This document shows positions 24,700-37,646 of a DNA stretch of 64,000 bases, one piece after another. The position numbers and the translations under genes are program-made. The stretch spans positions 99,450,001-99,514,000 of the forward strand of contig CM059431.1 in NCBI GenBank assembly GCA_030390025.1, in the 5' to 3' direction. This stretch comes from Squalus acanthias (lineage: Eukaryota). Under the pieces are notes generated by a model, which was not told the origin of the DNA, ran no database searches, and was given only the letters and a program-made list of their open reading frames with translations. Within the stretch, counting starts at the first letter, position 1; every line of letters begins with the position of its first letter.

Positions 24700-25155
24700 T
24701 CAACGGATTCAATTATGAGGACAGGTTGCACAGACTAGGCTTATATTTCCTCGATTATAGAAGATTAAGGGGTGATCTAATTGCGGTGTTTAATATGATT
24801 AAAGGATTCGATAGGGTGGATAGAGAGAAACTATTTCCTCTGGTGGGGGGAGTCCAGAACAAGGGGCATAACCTTAAAATTAGAGCCGGGCCGTTCAGGG
24901 GTGATGTCAGGAAGCACTTCTTCACACAAAGGGTGGTGGAAATCTGGAAACTCTCTCCCCCAAAAGCTGTTGAGGCTGGGGGTCAATTGAAAATTTCAAA
25001 ACTGAGATTGGTAGATTTTTGTTAGGTAAGGGTATTAAGGGTTACGGAACCAAGGCGGGTAGATGGAGTTAAGATACAGATCAGCCGTGATCTGATTGAA
25101 TGGGGGAACAGGCTCGAGGGGCTGAGTGGCCTCCTCCTGTTCCTATGTTCCTGTG
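24700..25155 (+). mobile_element. CR1 3' fragment
   Basis: HRLGLYFLDYRRLRGDLIAVFNMIKG...[10 protein letters not shown]. Confidence 0.9.
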
Positions 25156-26377
25156 TAAAGCAAGACACAGCAGTAGGAAAGGTTCATGCTAATCATTAGT
25201 AATTTTCCTCTGGCTGAAATGAATTTATATCCAATATGTTCATAATTGATTTTGTGTGGTTGAGTTGAAGCAATCTGCGTTGTTTAAGGAGAGCAGTTGC
25301 CTGTGTGAAGTACTTGATTATGACTGTAAAAGAGTGAATGTTTAATATAGTGCTGCAATTTCTGGAAGTGTGCAAGCAGCAAGTTACACCCACATCCACA
25401 CCCGTTTCTACGCCAATCTTACCGACCAGTTCTTGCACCAAAATTTCTTACCAATCTTAATCTGGAATATAAAAATCAGCATAAACAAGCGGAAATAATG
25501 GAGGTCTGAGGAAAGAGCTGAACTGATGCCATATTCCACCCATGAGTCTCTCTGTGTGTGAAATGTACTCGAGCCAGGCCTTTCAGGAGTGAAATCAGGA
25601 AACATTTTTTCACACACAATGGGTAGCGGAAATCTGGAACTCTCTCCTCCAAAAGGCTGTGGTTGCTGGGGGCCAACTGGAGCTTTGAAGACGGAGGTCG
25701 AGAGACTTTTGTTGGGTAAGGGTAGCGAGGGAGTATGGAGCAAAGGCGGGTAAATGGAGTTGAGGTGCAGATCAGCCAATGACCTGATTGAATGGCGGAG
25801 CAGGCTCGAGGGTTTGAATGTTGTTGTTAAAATTTGAAGCCATCAAACCATCATTTTATGCACATTGGGCACAGTGCGTTTAAGAAACTGCAATTGTGGA
25901 AGGTTTTTAGCGTCTCGTGTAACTCATTCTGAGGACATAAAAGATGCATTCAAAGATGCAGGAAATGCAGTGCAGGTCTCAATGAGGAGAACTTTTTAAA
26001 GTAACTTAAAAATCATCATAAAACACCAGAAAGGTGACTTTGGATTCTGCTGCGTCTAAAATTTTGAATGTAAATTTACAGCCCGTTCAGAACTGGCGTA
26101 AATGCAGGAAACTCGCGTTCTCTGGTCTTTTGCGTGGGGGCGGAGCTATGTTAATAAGCGGCTGAGGGTTCCGGCCCAAGTTTCACTGAATCGAGGAAAC
26201 CTGGACATAACCCCCACAAACTTTTCCTTTTCAAGTTTATATCCAATTCCCTTTTGAAAGTTACTATTGAATTTCCTTGATCTTTTGCACTGTAAATTGG
26301 CTTTACGCCATACTTACACCCATTGTTTAGGCACAAGTTTCCATGAAATTCTGGCCCAGTGAGTTTGTGGAGCTTTA

Positions 26378-27037
26378 GGGGGTGAAATTTGGTTGTTTTA
26401 CGCCTCCCATTAGTGCAAAGCCCCAAGCGCCTGGGCGCGGCGCCGCTAACGCCTCCTGCGAAATTCAGCATGAGGTTAACGGCGGCGGTAGCTGGTATCG
26501 CCCCGCGGCGCTGCGCCGCCGATGATGACGTCATCACCGTGCACAGCGCCCCGCTCGCACCCCAGCCGCAAACGTCGCTTGCGCCCCCTGAACTATCGGC
26601 GAATGACATGTCCGACAGGGTCAGGGGGCGTTTTTGCAGCGGCGGCGGCGCAAGTTAAAGGGCAGGTGTCGAGCGGCCATTTTTTTTTGGCCGACTGCCA
26701 GCATCTGCCCGCTTCCCTTTTTTTATGCGGGGTGCCGGCCGCGATCGCTCCTCTTGAGTGCCGGGCAGTTTTCATGGCAACCCGCTCCCCGGTGGTCCAG
26801 TAGGGCCCCGGTGCGCGCAGCGCTAGGCTCCTCCTCTTTAATCGGGGAGGGAGGCCTGCAATGACGTGGCGCTGTTGCACGTAGCGCTGCGAAATTCACT
26901 GGTAGCGCCCCAGGAGGGAGGGGGAGCGCTTCCAGTAGCCCTGCCTCCTGCTTGGGGCGCTAACACTGAATTCACGGTGCAGGGGTGCTAACTTTTTCGG
27001 TAGCGTCCCAAAGGGGGCACCACCGAATTTCTCCCCC
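26378..27037. mobile_element. GC-rich Harbinger-type MITE
   Basis: TIR gggggtgaaatttggt / accgaatttctccccc; TSD tta/tta; a related copy lies inverted at 38397-39033. Confidence 0.85.
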
Positions 27038-27364
27038 TTAATTTCTTTCCAGGATTCTCTTGTGGAAGGGAATTAAGTCTGTTTATTAACCAGCACAATA
27101 CTTTCAGCAACACACTGATCATATAAAATTCTGATTACAAGGAGACAACTTTGATGATAAAAATCGCTACGAACATTGCTCCATGTAATCAGCATAATTA
27201 AATCAATCCTTCGGGTTACATGCCATTTCAGCACAAAATCAAATGCACTTCTTTGAAGAATTAAATTAATTAAATAATGTTCAATAGTTTTATGTATTGC
27301 ACTGAAATTGCGCTTTACTAAAAGAAGCATTGAAAATTCGCGGAAAATAATTCTGGGCGATAGG

Positions 27365-27685
27365 CCGGTAACCAGAGGACACAGATTTAAGATAATTGGC
27401 AAAAGAACCCAGGGGGTGGGGGTGGGGGGGGAGAGATGAGGAGAATTTTTGTTTACACAGCGAGTTGTTGTGATCTGGAATGCGCTGCCTGAAAGGGTTG
27501 AGGAAACAGATTCAATAATAACTTTCAGAGGGAATAGAATGTATACTTGAAACGGAAAAATGTGCAGGGCTGTGGGGAAAGAGCAGGGCGGGGGGGGGAG
27601 TGGGACTAATTGGAGAGCTCGTTCAAAGAGCCGGCACAGGCACGATGGGCCGAATGGCCTCTTCCTCAGTTGTAAGATTCTGTTG
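27365..27685 (+). mobile_element. CR1 3' fragment
   Basis: Same subfamily as 6550-6848. Confidence 0.8.
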
Positions 27686-30371
27686 GGTATAAGGACAGGA
27701 TAGGAAAAGTGGCATAAGTCTGAAAGCATGTCTTGCGTTGAGTCGCACGTCTAAAGTCAGATGTCAACAGTCTATAGACTGAGCTGAAGTTTAATTGGAA
27801 TCTATTTGTTTCACAGTAGGGGGTTTACCGGCACGCAGCTTGCCTGCTGCTGCCTCTTACTGATGAATGGGATAATTAAGCTTCTTTTGTTTGAAGATGT
27901 AACATTCTGATCCCAGTTGTTTTCACTTGTGTGAGCAAGAGACTGAAACCCCATGGCACTCGAAACAAAAATGCAAAACATTACAAACTTAGTAATGAGA
28001 ATTTAACACTGCAGTTATACCCCAATGACCAGTGGTACTGAAATCTGCAGCCAACAGATGAGAGTTATACTCCTGGTTGTACACAGTAAAGCCAGCCACA
28101 AAGGAGTTCTGTGTATTTTTTTTTAGAAATAGGAGCAGGAGTCGGCCATTTGGCCCTTCGAGCCTGCTCCGCCATTCAATAAGATCATGGCTGAGCTTCT
28201 ACCTCATCTCCACTTTCCAGCCCGATTCCCATATCCCTTGATTCCCTTAATATTCAAAAATCTATCGATCTCTGTCTTGAATATACTCAACGACTGAGCC
28301 TCCACAGCCCTCTGGGGCAGAGAATTCCAAAGATTCACCACCCTCTGAGTGAAGAAATTTCTCCTCATCTCAGTCTGAAATGACCGACCCCCTTATTCTG
28401 AGACTGTGACCCCTGGTTCTAGACTCTCCAGCCAGGGGAAACATCCTCCCTGCATCTACCCTGTCAAGCCCTGTAAGAATCTTGTATGTTTCAATGAGAT
28501 CACCTCTCATTCTTCTAAACTCTAGAGAATATAGGCCTAGTCTACTCAATCTGTCCTCATAGGACAATCCCCCCATCCCAGGAATCAGTTTGGTGAACCT
28601 TCATTACACTCCCTCTATGGCAAGTATATCCTTCCTTAGGTAAGGAGACCAAAACTGTACACAGTACTCCAGGTGTGGTCTCACCAGAGTCCTATATAAT
28701 TGCAGTAAGACGTCTTTAAGCTTATACTCAAATCCTCTTGTAATAAAGGCCAACATAACATTTGCTTTCCTAATTGCTTGCTGTACCTGCGTGTTAACTT
28801 TCAGTGATTCGTGTACAAGGACACCCAGGTCCCACTGAACACCAACATTTCCCAATCTCTCACCATTTAAAAAATACTCTGCTTTTCTATTTTTCCTATC
28901 AAAGTGGAAAACTTCACATTTCTCCACATTATATTCCATTTGTCATGTTCTTGCCCACTCACTTAGCCTGTCTATATCCCCTTGAAGCCTCCTTGCATCC
29001 TCCTCACAATTTACATTCCCACCCAGCTTTGTATCATCAGCAAATTTGGATATATTACATTTGCTCCCCTCATCCAAATCATTGATGTAGATTGTGAATA
29101 GCTGAGGCCCAAGCACTGATCCTTGCGGTACCCCCACTAGTTACAGCCTGCCAACCTGAAAATGACCCATTTATTCCTACTCTCTGTTTTCTGTCCGTTA
29201 ACCAATCCTCAATCCATGCGAGTATATTACCCCCAATCCCATGAGCCCTAATTTTGTTTAATAACCTCTTGTGTGGCACCTTATCGAATGCCTTCTGAAA
29301 ATCCAAAGACACCACATCCACTGGTTCCCCCTTATCTATTCTGCTAGTTACAACCTCAAAAAACTCTAACAGATTATTCAAACACGATTTCCTTTTCATA
29401 AATCTGTGTTGACTCTGCCCAATCCTGTTATTATTTTCTAAGTGCCCTATTACCACGTCCTTAATAATAGATTCTAGCATTTTCCCTACTACTGATGTCA
29501 GGCTAACTGGTCTGCAGTTCCCCGTTTTCTCTCTCCCTCCTTTCTTAAATAGTGGGGTTACATTTGCTACCTTCCAATCCACTGGAACCGTTCTAGAATT
29601 TATGGAATTTTGGAAAATGACAACCAATGCATGCACTATCTCTATAGCCAACTCTTTCAAAACCCTAGGATGCAGGCCATCAGATCCAGGAGATTTATCG
29701 GCTTTCAGTCCCATTAATTTCTCCAGTACTATTTTTTTTACTAATACTAATTTCTTTCAGTTCCTCATTCTTGCTAGAGCCTTGGTTCTCCACTATTTCC
29801 GGGAAGTTTTTTGCATCTTCTTTCGTGAAGACAGACACTAAGGGCTGGATTTTGCCAGGCCCGAGGAGGTGGGTTTGGAGGCGTGTGAGTTGTTAAAATC
29901 GCAAAAAATGGTGAGCGGATCCAATCCCGCCTCCAGCCCGCCTCTGAGCAATTTTCCCACATTCGGGGTTTCAGACCCCGTTTCCATCCCGCCTCCAAGA
30001 GGCGAGATAGGCCCTTAAGGCCCTTAACAACCAGTTAATTGCCTTTATAATCCAATTTTGAGAGGCCTTTCTGAGTTTAACACATTTCCCCCGTGCTGCA
30101 CGTCTCCTCTGGAACACGCCAGTGAATCCTGGCGGCCTCACAAGTGGATTGCTTACTAACAGCTGCAGCTCCACCATTAAAAAGGAGTTTTCAGCAATCA
30201 TCATTTGCAGGTGGCAGAACTTTGTTGTCTCAGGTCTGGGGGAACTTTTAGCAGGCCTACTCATTGTTTTGGAAGTTTGGAGCCTGACACCCATCTCCAG
30301 TGTGACCTCCTGGGAAACCCCTCTCCCCACCTTGACTGAGCGCTTCCTCAACTGAGGCATATACCAGAAGC

Positions 30372-31325
30372 ATGGGAACCATTTATTTCCTTTCCTCCTG
30401 GACATCAGATTCTGATGAAGACCAGCCGTGGCAGCAGCAGCACCCAGAACAACAGCAGCATCAACAGCAGGAGCAACAACAGGAGCTCCAAGCTGCTGCT
30501 CACCCACCTGAAGCTGCACAGGCCAGAAGGCGCCAGCACATGGAAGCACGTCGTCGCAGGAGATACCCCCCAAACAGGGTCTACAGACAGAGGATCAGCG
30601 ACCTCAACATGACTGAGCAGCAGTGCCAAAGGAGGCTGAGACTTTCGCGAGAGGTAGTGGGTGACATCTGCGCACTACTGCACCAACACCTGGAGCTCAG
30701 AGGATCGGGTGGACACTCCTTACCAGTGGCTGTAAAAGTCACCACCGCACTCAACTTTTTTGCTTCAGGCTCATTCCAGGGATCAGCAGCAGACAGCAGC
30801 GGCGTCTCCCAGGCAGCCGCACACACTTGCATCACGCAGGTAACCGATGCCCACTTTGCCATCGCTCATAATTACATCAATTTCGCCAAGGATCAAGCCA
30901 GTATAACTGCGCGTGCGGTTGGGTTTGACAATCTGGCAGGCTTTCCAAGGGTGCAGGGCGTCGTTGACTGCACACATGTGGCCCTTAAGGCACCCCATCG
31001 CAATCCAGGTATTTTTGTCAACCGCAAGGGCTTCCACTCCCTCAATGTGCAGCTGGTGTGTGACCACAAGAAGGACATTTTGCATGTTTGCGCCAAGTAC
31101 CCTGGCAGTTGCCATGACTCCTTCATCCTGCGCCAGTCTAGTGTGCCTCCGCTCTTCAGTCCGCCAGACCAACTTTGAGGATGGCTACTTGGAGACAAGG
31201 GCTATCCCCTGAAGACGTGGCTAATGACGCCGTTGAGGAGCCCATCCAACAAAGCTGAGGAGCGCTACAACTCCAGCCACATTTCCACCAGATCCATAAT
31301 CGAGCAAACTATCGGCTTGCTGTGA
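30372..31325 (+). pseudogene. Harbinger DDE transposase (HARBI1-like family), one premature stop and C-terminal truncation
   Basis: [50 protein letters not shown]; after TGA at 31176-31178 the frame continues [10 protein letters not shown]...IEQTIGLL; Q-rich N-terminus. Confidence 0.92.
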
Positions 31326-32055
31326 TGCGCCCGTCTGTCCGTCCCCCACTTGCGCACCCTCCTCCACTCCCACGATCTCCGGGGCCACCTCCTCTGCAGT
31401 GGTGAGCTGGGCTACTGAGGGCAGCCTTCCTCCTGTCCTCGCCCTCTCCCTCTTATTGTGGGCTCTCTTTTCCTGCAATGAGGGACACAAGTGGAGTTTG
31501 AGTGACAATGAAGGAGTGAGTGTAGAGATTCCATAGCATAGATGCTTAGAAGGAGACAAAGATGGAGTGAGGTGCCAAGACCAAGGGCCCTCCCTGTGTG
31601 TTGTAAGTTGGTGTCATAGCATCACAGCGATAGGGAGTGTGAGGGCTGCATAGTCGAATAGTTAAATGAATGTGAACATACAGAGAGAGGGAATGGGTAA
31701 GAGTGCAGGGATGTAAGGGTGAAGTGGGATGTGGAGGAGGAGGTTGACAAAGCAGAGTGTTGGTGATGAGAGGCGATGGGGATCAGATTGAGGGTCATGG
31801 GGATGGATTACTCACTTTTCCTGTGCGGAGAAGGTCATGAAACCTCTTTCTGCACTGCAGCCAGGTTCTGCTGCACATTGAAATCACATTCACCTCCTGT
31901 GCCACTTGCAGCCACATAGCTTTGGTCTGTTGTGGAGGCTTTTTCCTCCCTGAGGAAGGAAAGAGCACTTCCTTATTTGATCTTGCTCCCTCTACCAGAG
32001 CTTGGAGGGAGGCCTCATCGAATCTGGAAGCACACTTTGGTCTGGTGCTGGACAT
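31323..32055 (-). pseudogene. Harbinger Myb/SANT-like (trihelix) DNA-binding protein, two exons, truncated
   Basis: Exon 1 32055-31816 (RFDEASLQALVE...MWLQVAQEVN...RTWLQCRKRFHDL); phase-0 intron gtgagt...ttgcag at 31815-31473; exon 2 from 31472 EKRAHNKRERARTGG. Confidence 0.88.
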
Positions 32056-34626
32056 AGTTGCAGTAGGAATCCCTCAGAAGTATGTTGATAAAGCTGTAAG
32101 GCTGAAAAAAAAACAGGGTGCTTGCAGGCCTTAAATCCAGCTGCATAGATGACGTCATCGGAGGCGAGTTTCAGTATCAAAAGACTCATTGGGCCAGGGG
32201 TTCCCACACGCTGCCCAATTAGGGCAAAATCGCGCTTTTGTCCCGCCTCACATCGGAGGCGGGGTCCTGACACGCCGACCACCTGACACGCCCCCAGCCC
32301 GCCCCCAATGACAAAATCCAGCCCAAAGTATTTGTTAAATTTCTCTGCCATTTCCTTATTCCCCATTATAATTTCTCCTGTCTCAGCCTGTAAGGGACCC
32401 ACATTTACTTTCGCTAATCTTTTCCTTTTTACATACCTATAGAAGTTTTTACAGTCTGTTTTTATGTCTCTCGCTAGTTTACTCTCATTCTATTTTTCCT
32501 TTCTTTATCAATTTCTTGGTCCTCCTTTGCTGAATTCTAAAATCCTTCCAATCCTCAGGCTTACTACTCTTTTTGGCAACATTATAAGCCTCTTCCTTTG
32601 ATCTAATACTATCTTTAACTGCTCTTGTTTGCCGCGGTTGGACCACTTTTCCTGTGGGGTTTTTGTGCCTTAAAGGAATGCATATTTGTTGTAAATTATG
32701 TATTAATTCTTTAAATGCTAGCCATTGCTTCTCTACCATCACATCTTTTAATGTAGTTTCCCAATCCACCTTAGCCAACTCACCCCTCATACCTACGTAG
32801 TTTGCTTTGTTTAGATTTAAGACCCTAGTTTCGGATTTAACAAAATCACTTTCAAACTCAATATAAAATTCCATCATATTATGGTCACTCTTCCCTAAAG
32901 GCCCCTTTACTACAAGGTTATTAATTAAACCTTTCTCATTGCACAATACTAGATCTAAAATAGCCTGTTCCCTAGTTGGTTCCTCAACATACTGATCTCG
33001 AAAACTATCTTGCATACATTCCATGAATTCGTCCTCCACACTATTACTGCAAATTTGGTTTGCCCAGTCTATATGTAGATTAAAGCCCCCCATGATTACT
33101 GTATTATCCTTGTTACATACGCCTCTAATTTCCTGATTTATACTCTGCCCTACATTACAACTACTGTTTGGGGGCCTATAAACAACTCCCACCAATGTTT
33201 TCTGTCCCTTGCTGTTTCTTAGCTCCACCCCAACTGATTCTACTTCTTGATTTTCGGAGCCAAGATCCTTTCTCTCCACTGTCTTTATCCCATCCTTTAT
33301 TATCAGGGCTACCCCTCCTCCTTTTCCATTTTACCTATCTTTTCTAAAATTTAAGTATCCTGGAATATTTAGTTCCCAACCATGGCCACTTTGCAACCAC
33401 GTCTCCATTATGGCTATTAGATCAAACAAGTTCATTTCTATCTGCGCTATTAATTCATCTATTTTGTTGCGAATGCTTCGCGCATTCAGATATAGTGCCT
33501 TTAGCTTTGACTTATTTCTCTTTTTCCCTGATGTCACCTTAGTCAGCTACCCTATTACCTTTGTTACTCTCTCTGTTCCTTCCTGACCCACTCTGCTTAT
33601 TTTTACCCAAAACTCTACTCTGCTCTAGAACCTTGACATTTCAATCACTGCTTTTAAATTCACTCTTTCCTGAATCCTCCCACCCCACCCCCCTCCTTCA
33701 TTAGTTTAAAGCCCTGTCTACTGCCCTATTTATTCGTTCGCCAGGACACTGGTCCCAGCCCGGTTTAAGTGGAGCCTGTCCCAACGGAACAGCTCCCTCT
33801 TTCCCCAGTACTGGTGCCAGTGCCCCATGAACTGAAACCCCTTCCTCCCACACCACTCTTTGAGCCACGCATTTAAACCTTTAAGCTGTTTGTCCCTGTG
33901 CCAATTTGCTCGTGGCTCAGTTAACAATCCAGAGATTATTACCTCTGAGGTTCTGCTTTTTAATTTGGATCCTAGCTCCTCAAACTCCCTCAGCAGAACC
34001 TCATTCCTAGTTCTACCTATGTCGTTGGATCCTACGTGGACCACGACAACTGGATCCTTCCCCTCCCACTCCAAGTTCTTCTCTAGCCATGAGGAGATAT
34101 CTTTAACCCTGGCACCAGGCAGGCAACACAACCTTCGGAACTCTCGGTCGTGGCTGCAGAGAACAGTATCTATCTCCCTGACTATACTGTCCGCTACCAC
34201 AACTACATTCCCTTTCACTCCCCCCACTTGAATGGCCTCCTGCACCATGGTGCCATGGCCAGCTTGCTCATCCATCCTGCAGGCTTTTCCCTCATCCACA
34301 CAGGCAGCAAGAACCTCATACCTGTTGGACAAGGGCAAAGGCTGAGGCTCCTCCAGCCCTGCACCTGGGGTCCCCTTACCTGCCTGAGTTGCAGTCACAC
34401 CCTCCTGTCCCTGACCACTAACCAGACCTGTACCACTACCTAACCTAAGGGGTGTGACTGCCTCCTGGATCAAAGTGTCCAGATAACTCTCCCCATCCCT
34501 GATGCCCCGCAATGTCTGCACCTCAGACTCCAGCTCAAAAACTCTGAGCTGAAGTTCCTCAAGATGCAGGAACTTACTACAAACGTGGTTGTCCGGGATC
34601 ACAATGCTCTCCACAAACTCCCACAT

Positions 34627-34990
34627 GCTGCAGTGTGTACCATCTACAAGATGCACTGCAGCAATTCGCCAATGCTTCTTCGGCAGCACCTCCCAAACCC
34701 GCGACCTCTTCCACCTAGAAGGACAAGGGCAGCAGGCGCATGGGAACACCACCACCTCCTCCAAGTCACACACCATTGTGACTTGGAAATATATCGCCGA
34801 TCCTTCATCGTCGCTGGGTCAAAATCCTGGAACTCCCTCCCTAACAGCACTGTGGAAGTACCTTCACCACACGGACTGCAGCGGTTCAAGAAGGCAGCTC
34901 ACCACCACCTTCTCAAGGGCAATTAGGGATGGGCAATAAATGCTGGCCTTGCCAGCGACGCCCACATCTCAGGAACAAATTTTTAAAAAC
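34627..34990 (+). mobile_element. 3' fragment of a second CR1-group LINE family
   Basis: AVCTIYKMHCSNSP..LRQHLPNP...SWNSLPNSTV; same family at 55450-55778 and 62150-63430. Confidence 0.8.
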
Positions 34991-35968
34991 GCTTCCCTGG
35001 AGTGTTATCAACCGCCAAGCCGCGTAAAGAGATATTCGGACAGGTGACCTAAAGCTTGGTCAGAGAGGTAGGTTTTAAGGAGCGTGTTAAAGGAGGGGAG
35101 AGAGGCGGAGAGGTTTAGGGAGGGAATTCCAGAGCTGGGGGCCCCGGACAGCTGAAGGCACGGCCGCCAATGGTGGAGCGATGGAAATCGGGGATGCAGC
35201 TGATGCAGTCGATCTGAAAGTTTATCTCAAACAGGAATACAAATAAGCACAGATCTTTAGCCCAAGATTCGGCACATTTCCTCTCCACCAATCTGGGCAA
35301 AAGAAAAAGTTCCGAAGGAGAAGTGGCTCAGCTGTTGGCAAACTGCTCAGCTTGAGTCACAGAGAAAGTAGCGAGGACTGGGATCAGGTCACACTCGTGG
35401 ATGTCCATACATATTTATCACAACATATTTGCAAAGCACTCATGGGTTTTGCAGCACAATAGGAAGGTCGTGCAGATTTATTTTATACGGGAAAGGTGAG
35501 AGGAAGAATGAGAAAAAGAGCTGGAGACAAGTGGGAGAAGGACAAAGATAGAAAAAAGACTACAGTGTATAAGAGAGCCATAGAGTGTGGAAAAAGAGAC
35601 ATGAAATGTGGAAGATAAACGGACAGAGGGAGAAAGGTGGGGGAAAGAAAATGAGTGAGAGATGAGCAGAAACACCACTCAAGGACGACAGAAACATTGG
35701 GAGACATGTTCAGTCCTGCCACCTGGGCAGTAACCAGGCAGAGTGGATTGGCGAACCTGCTCAATTGTTGTTCAGTCGAAACCAATGGGTTGAGAATCAG
35801 GTGGGTTCTACAATGAGCGGGTGATCTATTCTCCCAGGTTACTGTCCAAGTGGTGAGGGTAAAAATTACCCCCATTGATTTTATCAGTAACCAATATCGT
35901 GGGAGATGACTTGGACAAGCAGAGATGAATTGTATTCTCCTGTAACACTATTCCGTCTGAAATCCTAT

Positions 35969-36736
35969 GGGCCAACATTTGCGATCGGAGTCTTCCTGCG
36001 AGCGGACTCCTCCGACCCACAAAATGTCCACGAAAGTACCCGGTGGCCCGGAAGGAATGGCGGCTTGTGATCCTGGGCCTCTCCGGGTCCGCGCGGTCAG
36101 AGCGCCGCGTATCCCAGGGGCGCAGGCGGTTCGTAGGCGCTCCTGGGATCAAGTGGGCCGGCCCAACGAATGGAAAAAGGGAATCCCCCATTCAGCCTTT
36201 TGACAGGTCCGTACGTACGGAACTGTCTAAAGTATGAACGGGGATCACCTAAAAATACACCAACACATGAAATAAAAAAATTTTTAAATTACATATTTAA
36301 AATTAATTAAAATGCCATTTAATTAAATATTTTAAACAAAAATTTATTTTTTTGAAAAAAAAGAGATGTTTTTACAGGGCTAAAAATAAACTTACCTTTT
36401 TGAAGAGTATTTTAAATTTATAAATGAGTGATCAAATTTCATTTTTCTATTTTTTAAAACTCTAATGCTGGTAAAACAGGTCTTACGCCAGGTGTTTTAC
36501 CAGGGGTAAGAATTTGACAGGCTTTCAGCGGGCGGAAGTTGTGCAAAAAGCGCAGCTCTCCGCCCGCGGAGGCCCGTCTCCCGGGGATGCAGAGGATCGG
36601 TCAAGAGAATTCTTGACAGATCGCAAGTGCCGGGTTTCAGCGCGTGCGCTTCGCCTGCCTGAAACCAGCACTTGCGCGGCCCCTCCGGGCTCGTACGCAC
36701 CTCGTACACACCCGTAGGGGTCGCAAAATACGGCCC
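35969..36736. mobile_element. Harbinger-type MITE with GC-rich arms and AT-rich centre
   Basis: TIR gggccaacatttgcga / tcgcaaaatacggccc; flanks tat/aat; homologous to 48422-49541. Confidence 0.75.
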
Positions 36737-36936
36737 AATGTCTCGGCTCTCTGGATGATGTTCATGTTTGTATCTATATTAGATTAAATGGATTATCAAA
36801 ATATCTCATCTCAAAAAGCAAAAGAACATTTTCATGTTGATTGTGCTATTTTAGTTAGTAAAGTAACAGGCCACATTTCACCACCATACTGTGATAAACA
36901 GAGTAATTCGGAGAATTGAAATTGTGATTGCAGTAC

Positions 36937-36984
36937 CTTGTGCATAATCATATTTTCGTGAAACTCCTTTGTCCTCTACTTTAA
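36937..36984 (-). CDS. Candidate internal 48-nt coding exon of an unidentified host gene (xKVEDKGVSRKYDYAQx)
   Basis: Acceptor tcattttagccttttag and donor AAG|gtactg; only the phase-1 frame is open; length divisible by 3; lies in non-repetitive DNA. Confidence 0.35.
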
Positions 36985-37055
36985 CTAAAAGGCTAAAATG
37001 AATAGCAGACAAAGGATTTTCACATGAAAATGTTAATGCACCGGTTATTAATACA

Positions 37056-37447
37056 GCATAGGAACAGGAGGAGGCCATTTAGCCCCTCGAGCCTGTTCCG
37101 CCATTCAGTGAGATCATGGCTGATCTGTGACCTAACTCCATCCACCCGCCTTTGGCCCATATCCCTTAATACCTTTGGTTAACAAAAAACTATCAATCTC
37201 AGATTTAAAATTAACAATTGATCTAGCTTCAATTGCCATTTGTGGAAGAGAGTTCCAACCTTCTACCAGCCTTTGTGTGTAGAAGTGTTTCCTAACTTCA
37301 CTCCTGAAAGGTCTGGTTCTAATTTTTAGACTCTGCCCCCTAGTCCTAGTCGGAAATAGTTTCTCTCTATCTACCCTATCAGTTCCCCTTAAAATGTTGA
37401 AAACTTCGATCAAATCACCCCATAACCTTCTAAATTCCAGGGAATAC
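37056..37447 (-). mobile_element. CR1 3' fragment (abuts an opposite-strand CR1 tail at about 37448-37612)
   Basis: YSLEFRRLWGDLIEVFNILRG...WNSLP. Confidence 0.85.
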
Positions 37448-37646
37448 AAGGGGATTCAAGGGGAGGCTAGTTAAACACATGAGGAAAAAAGGAATTGAAG
37501 GATATGTTGATGGGGTGAGATGAAGAGGGGTGGGAGGAGGCTCGTGTGGAGCATAAACACCGGCACAGAACAGTTGGGCCGAATGGCCTGTTTCTGTGCT
37601 GTGGACTCGATGTAAGTTTAGCAGTGATTTAGTCACAAATGTTCTA

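Larger units (their letters stand above)
29842..32324. mobile_element. PIF/Harbinger DNA transposon, 2483 bp, central deletion
   Basis: Perfect 13-bp TIR gggctggattttg / caaaatccagccc; 3-bp TSD taa/aaa; CR1 ORF2 (EKFNKYF|VSVFTKED) is continuous across it; convergent transposase and Myb genes. Confidence 0.95.
28125..34630 (-). mobile_element. Near-full-length degenerate CR1 LINE, split by a Harbinger
   Basis: ORF1 (33730-34630) with Cys/leucine-zipper region and SGNH esterase (ADSIVR, PGARVKD, HVGSND, DRLHLN); ORF2 APE endonuclease (YLNARSIRNK, VVYRPP, GKSDHN) at 32485-33537; RT ([23 protein letters not shown]) at 28370-29714; several frameshifts. Confidence 0.93.

Noticed and set aside
26151..27037. 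CpG-island promoter or GC-rich ORFs (also 35826-36717, 38430-38789 and 48320-48688)
   Set aside because: The GC-rich stretches coincide with TIR/TSD-bounded MITEs.
30372..31178. Domesticated host genes HARBI1 or NAIF1/MSANTD
   Set aside because: The ORFs lie between TIRs inside a CR1 and carry a stop and a truncation, so this is a transposon copy rather than a host gene.
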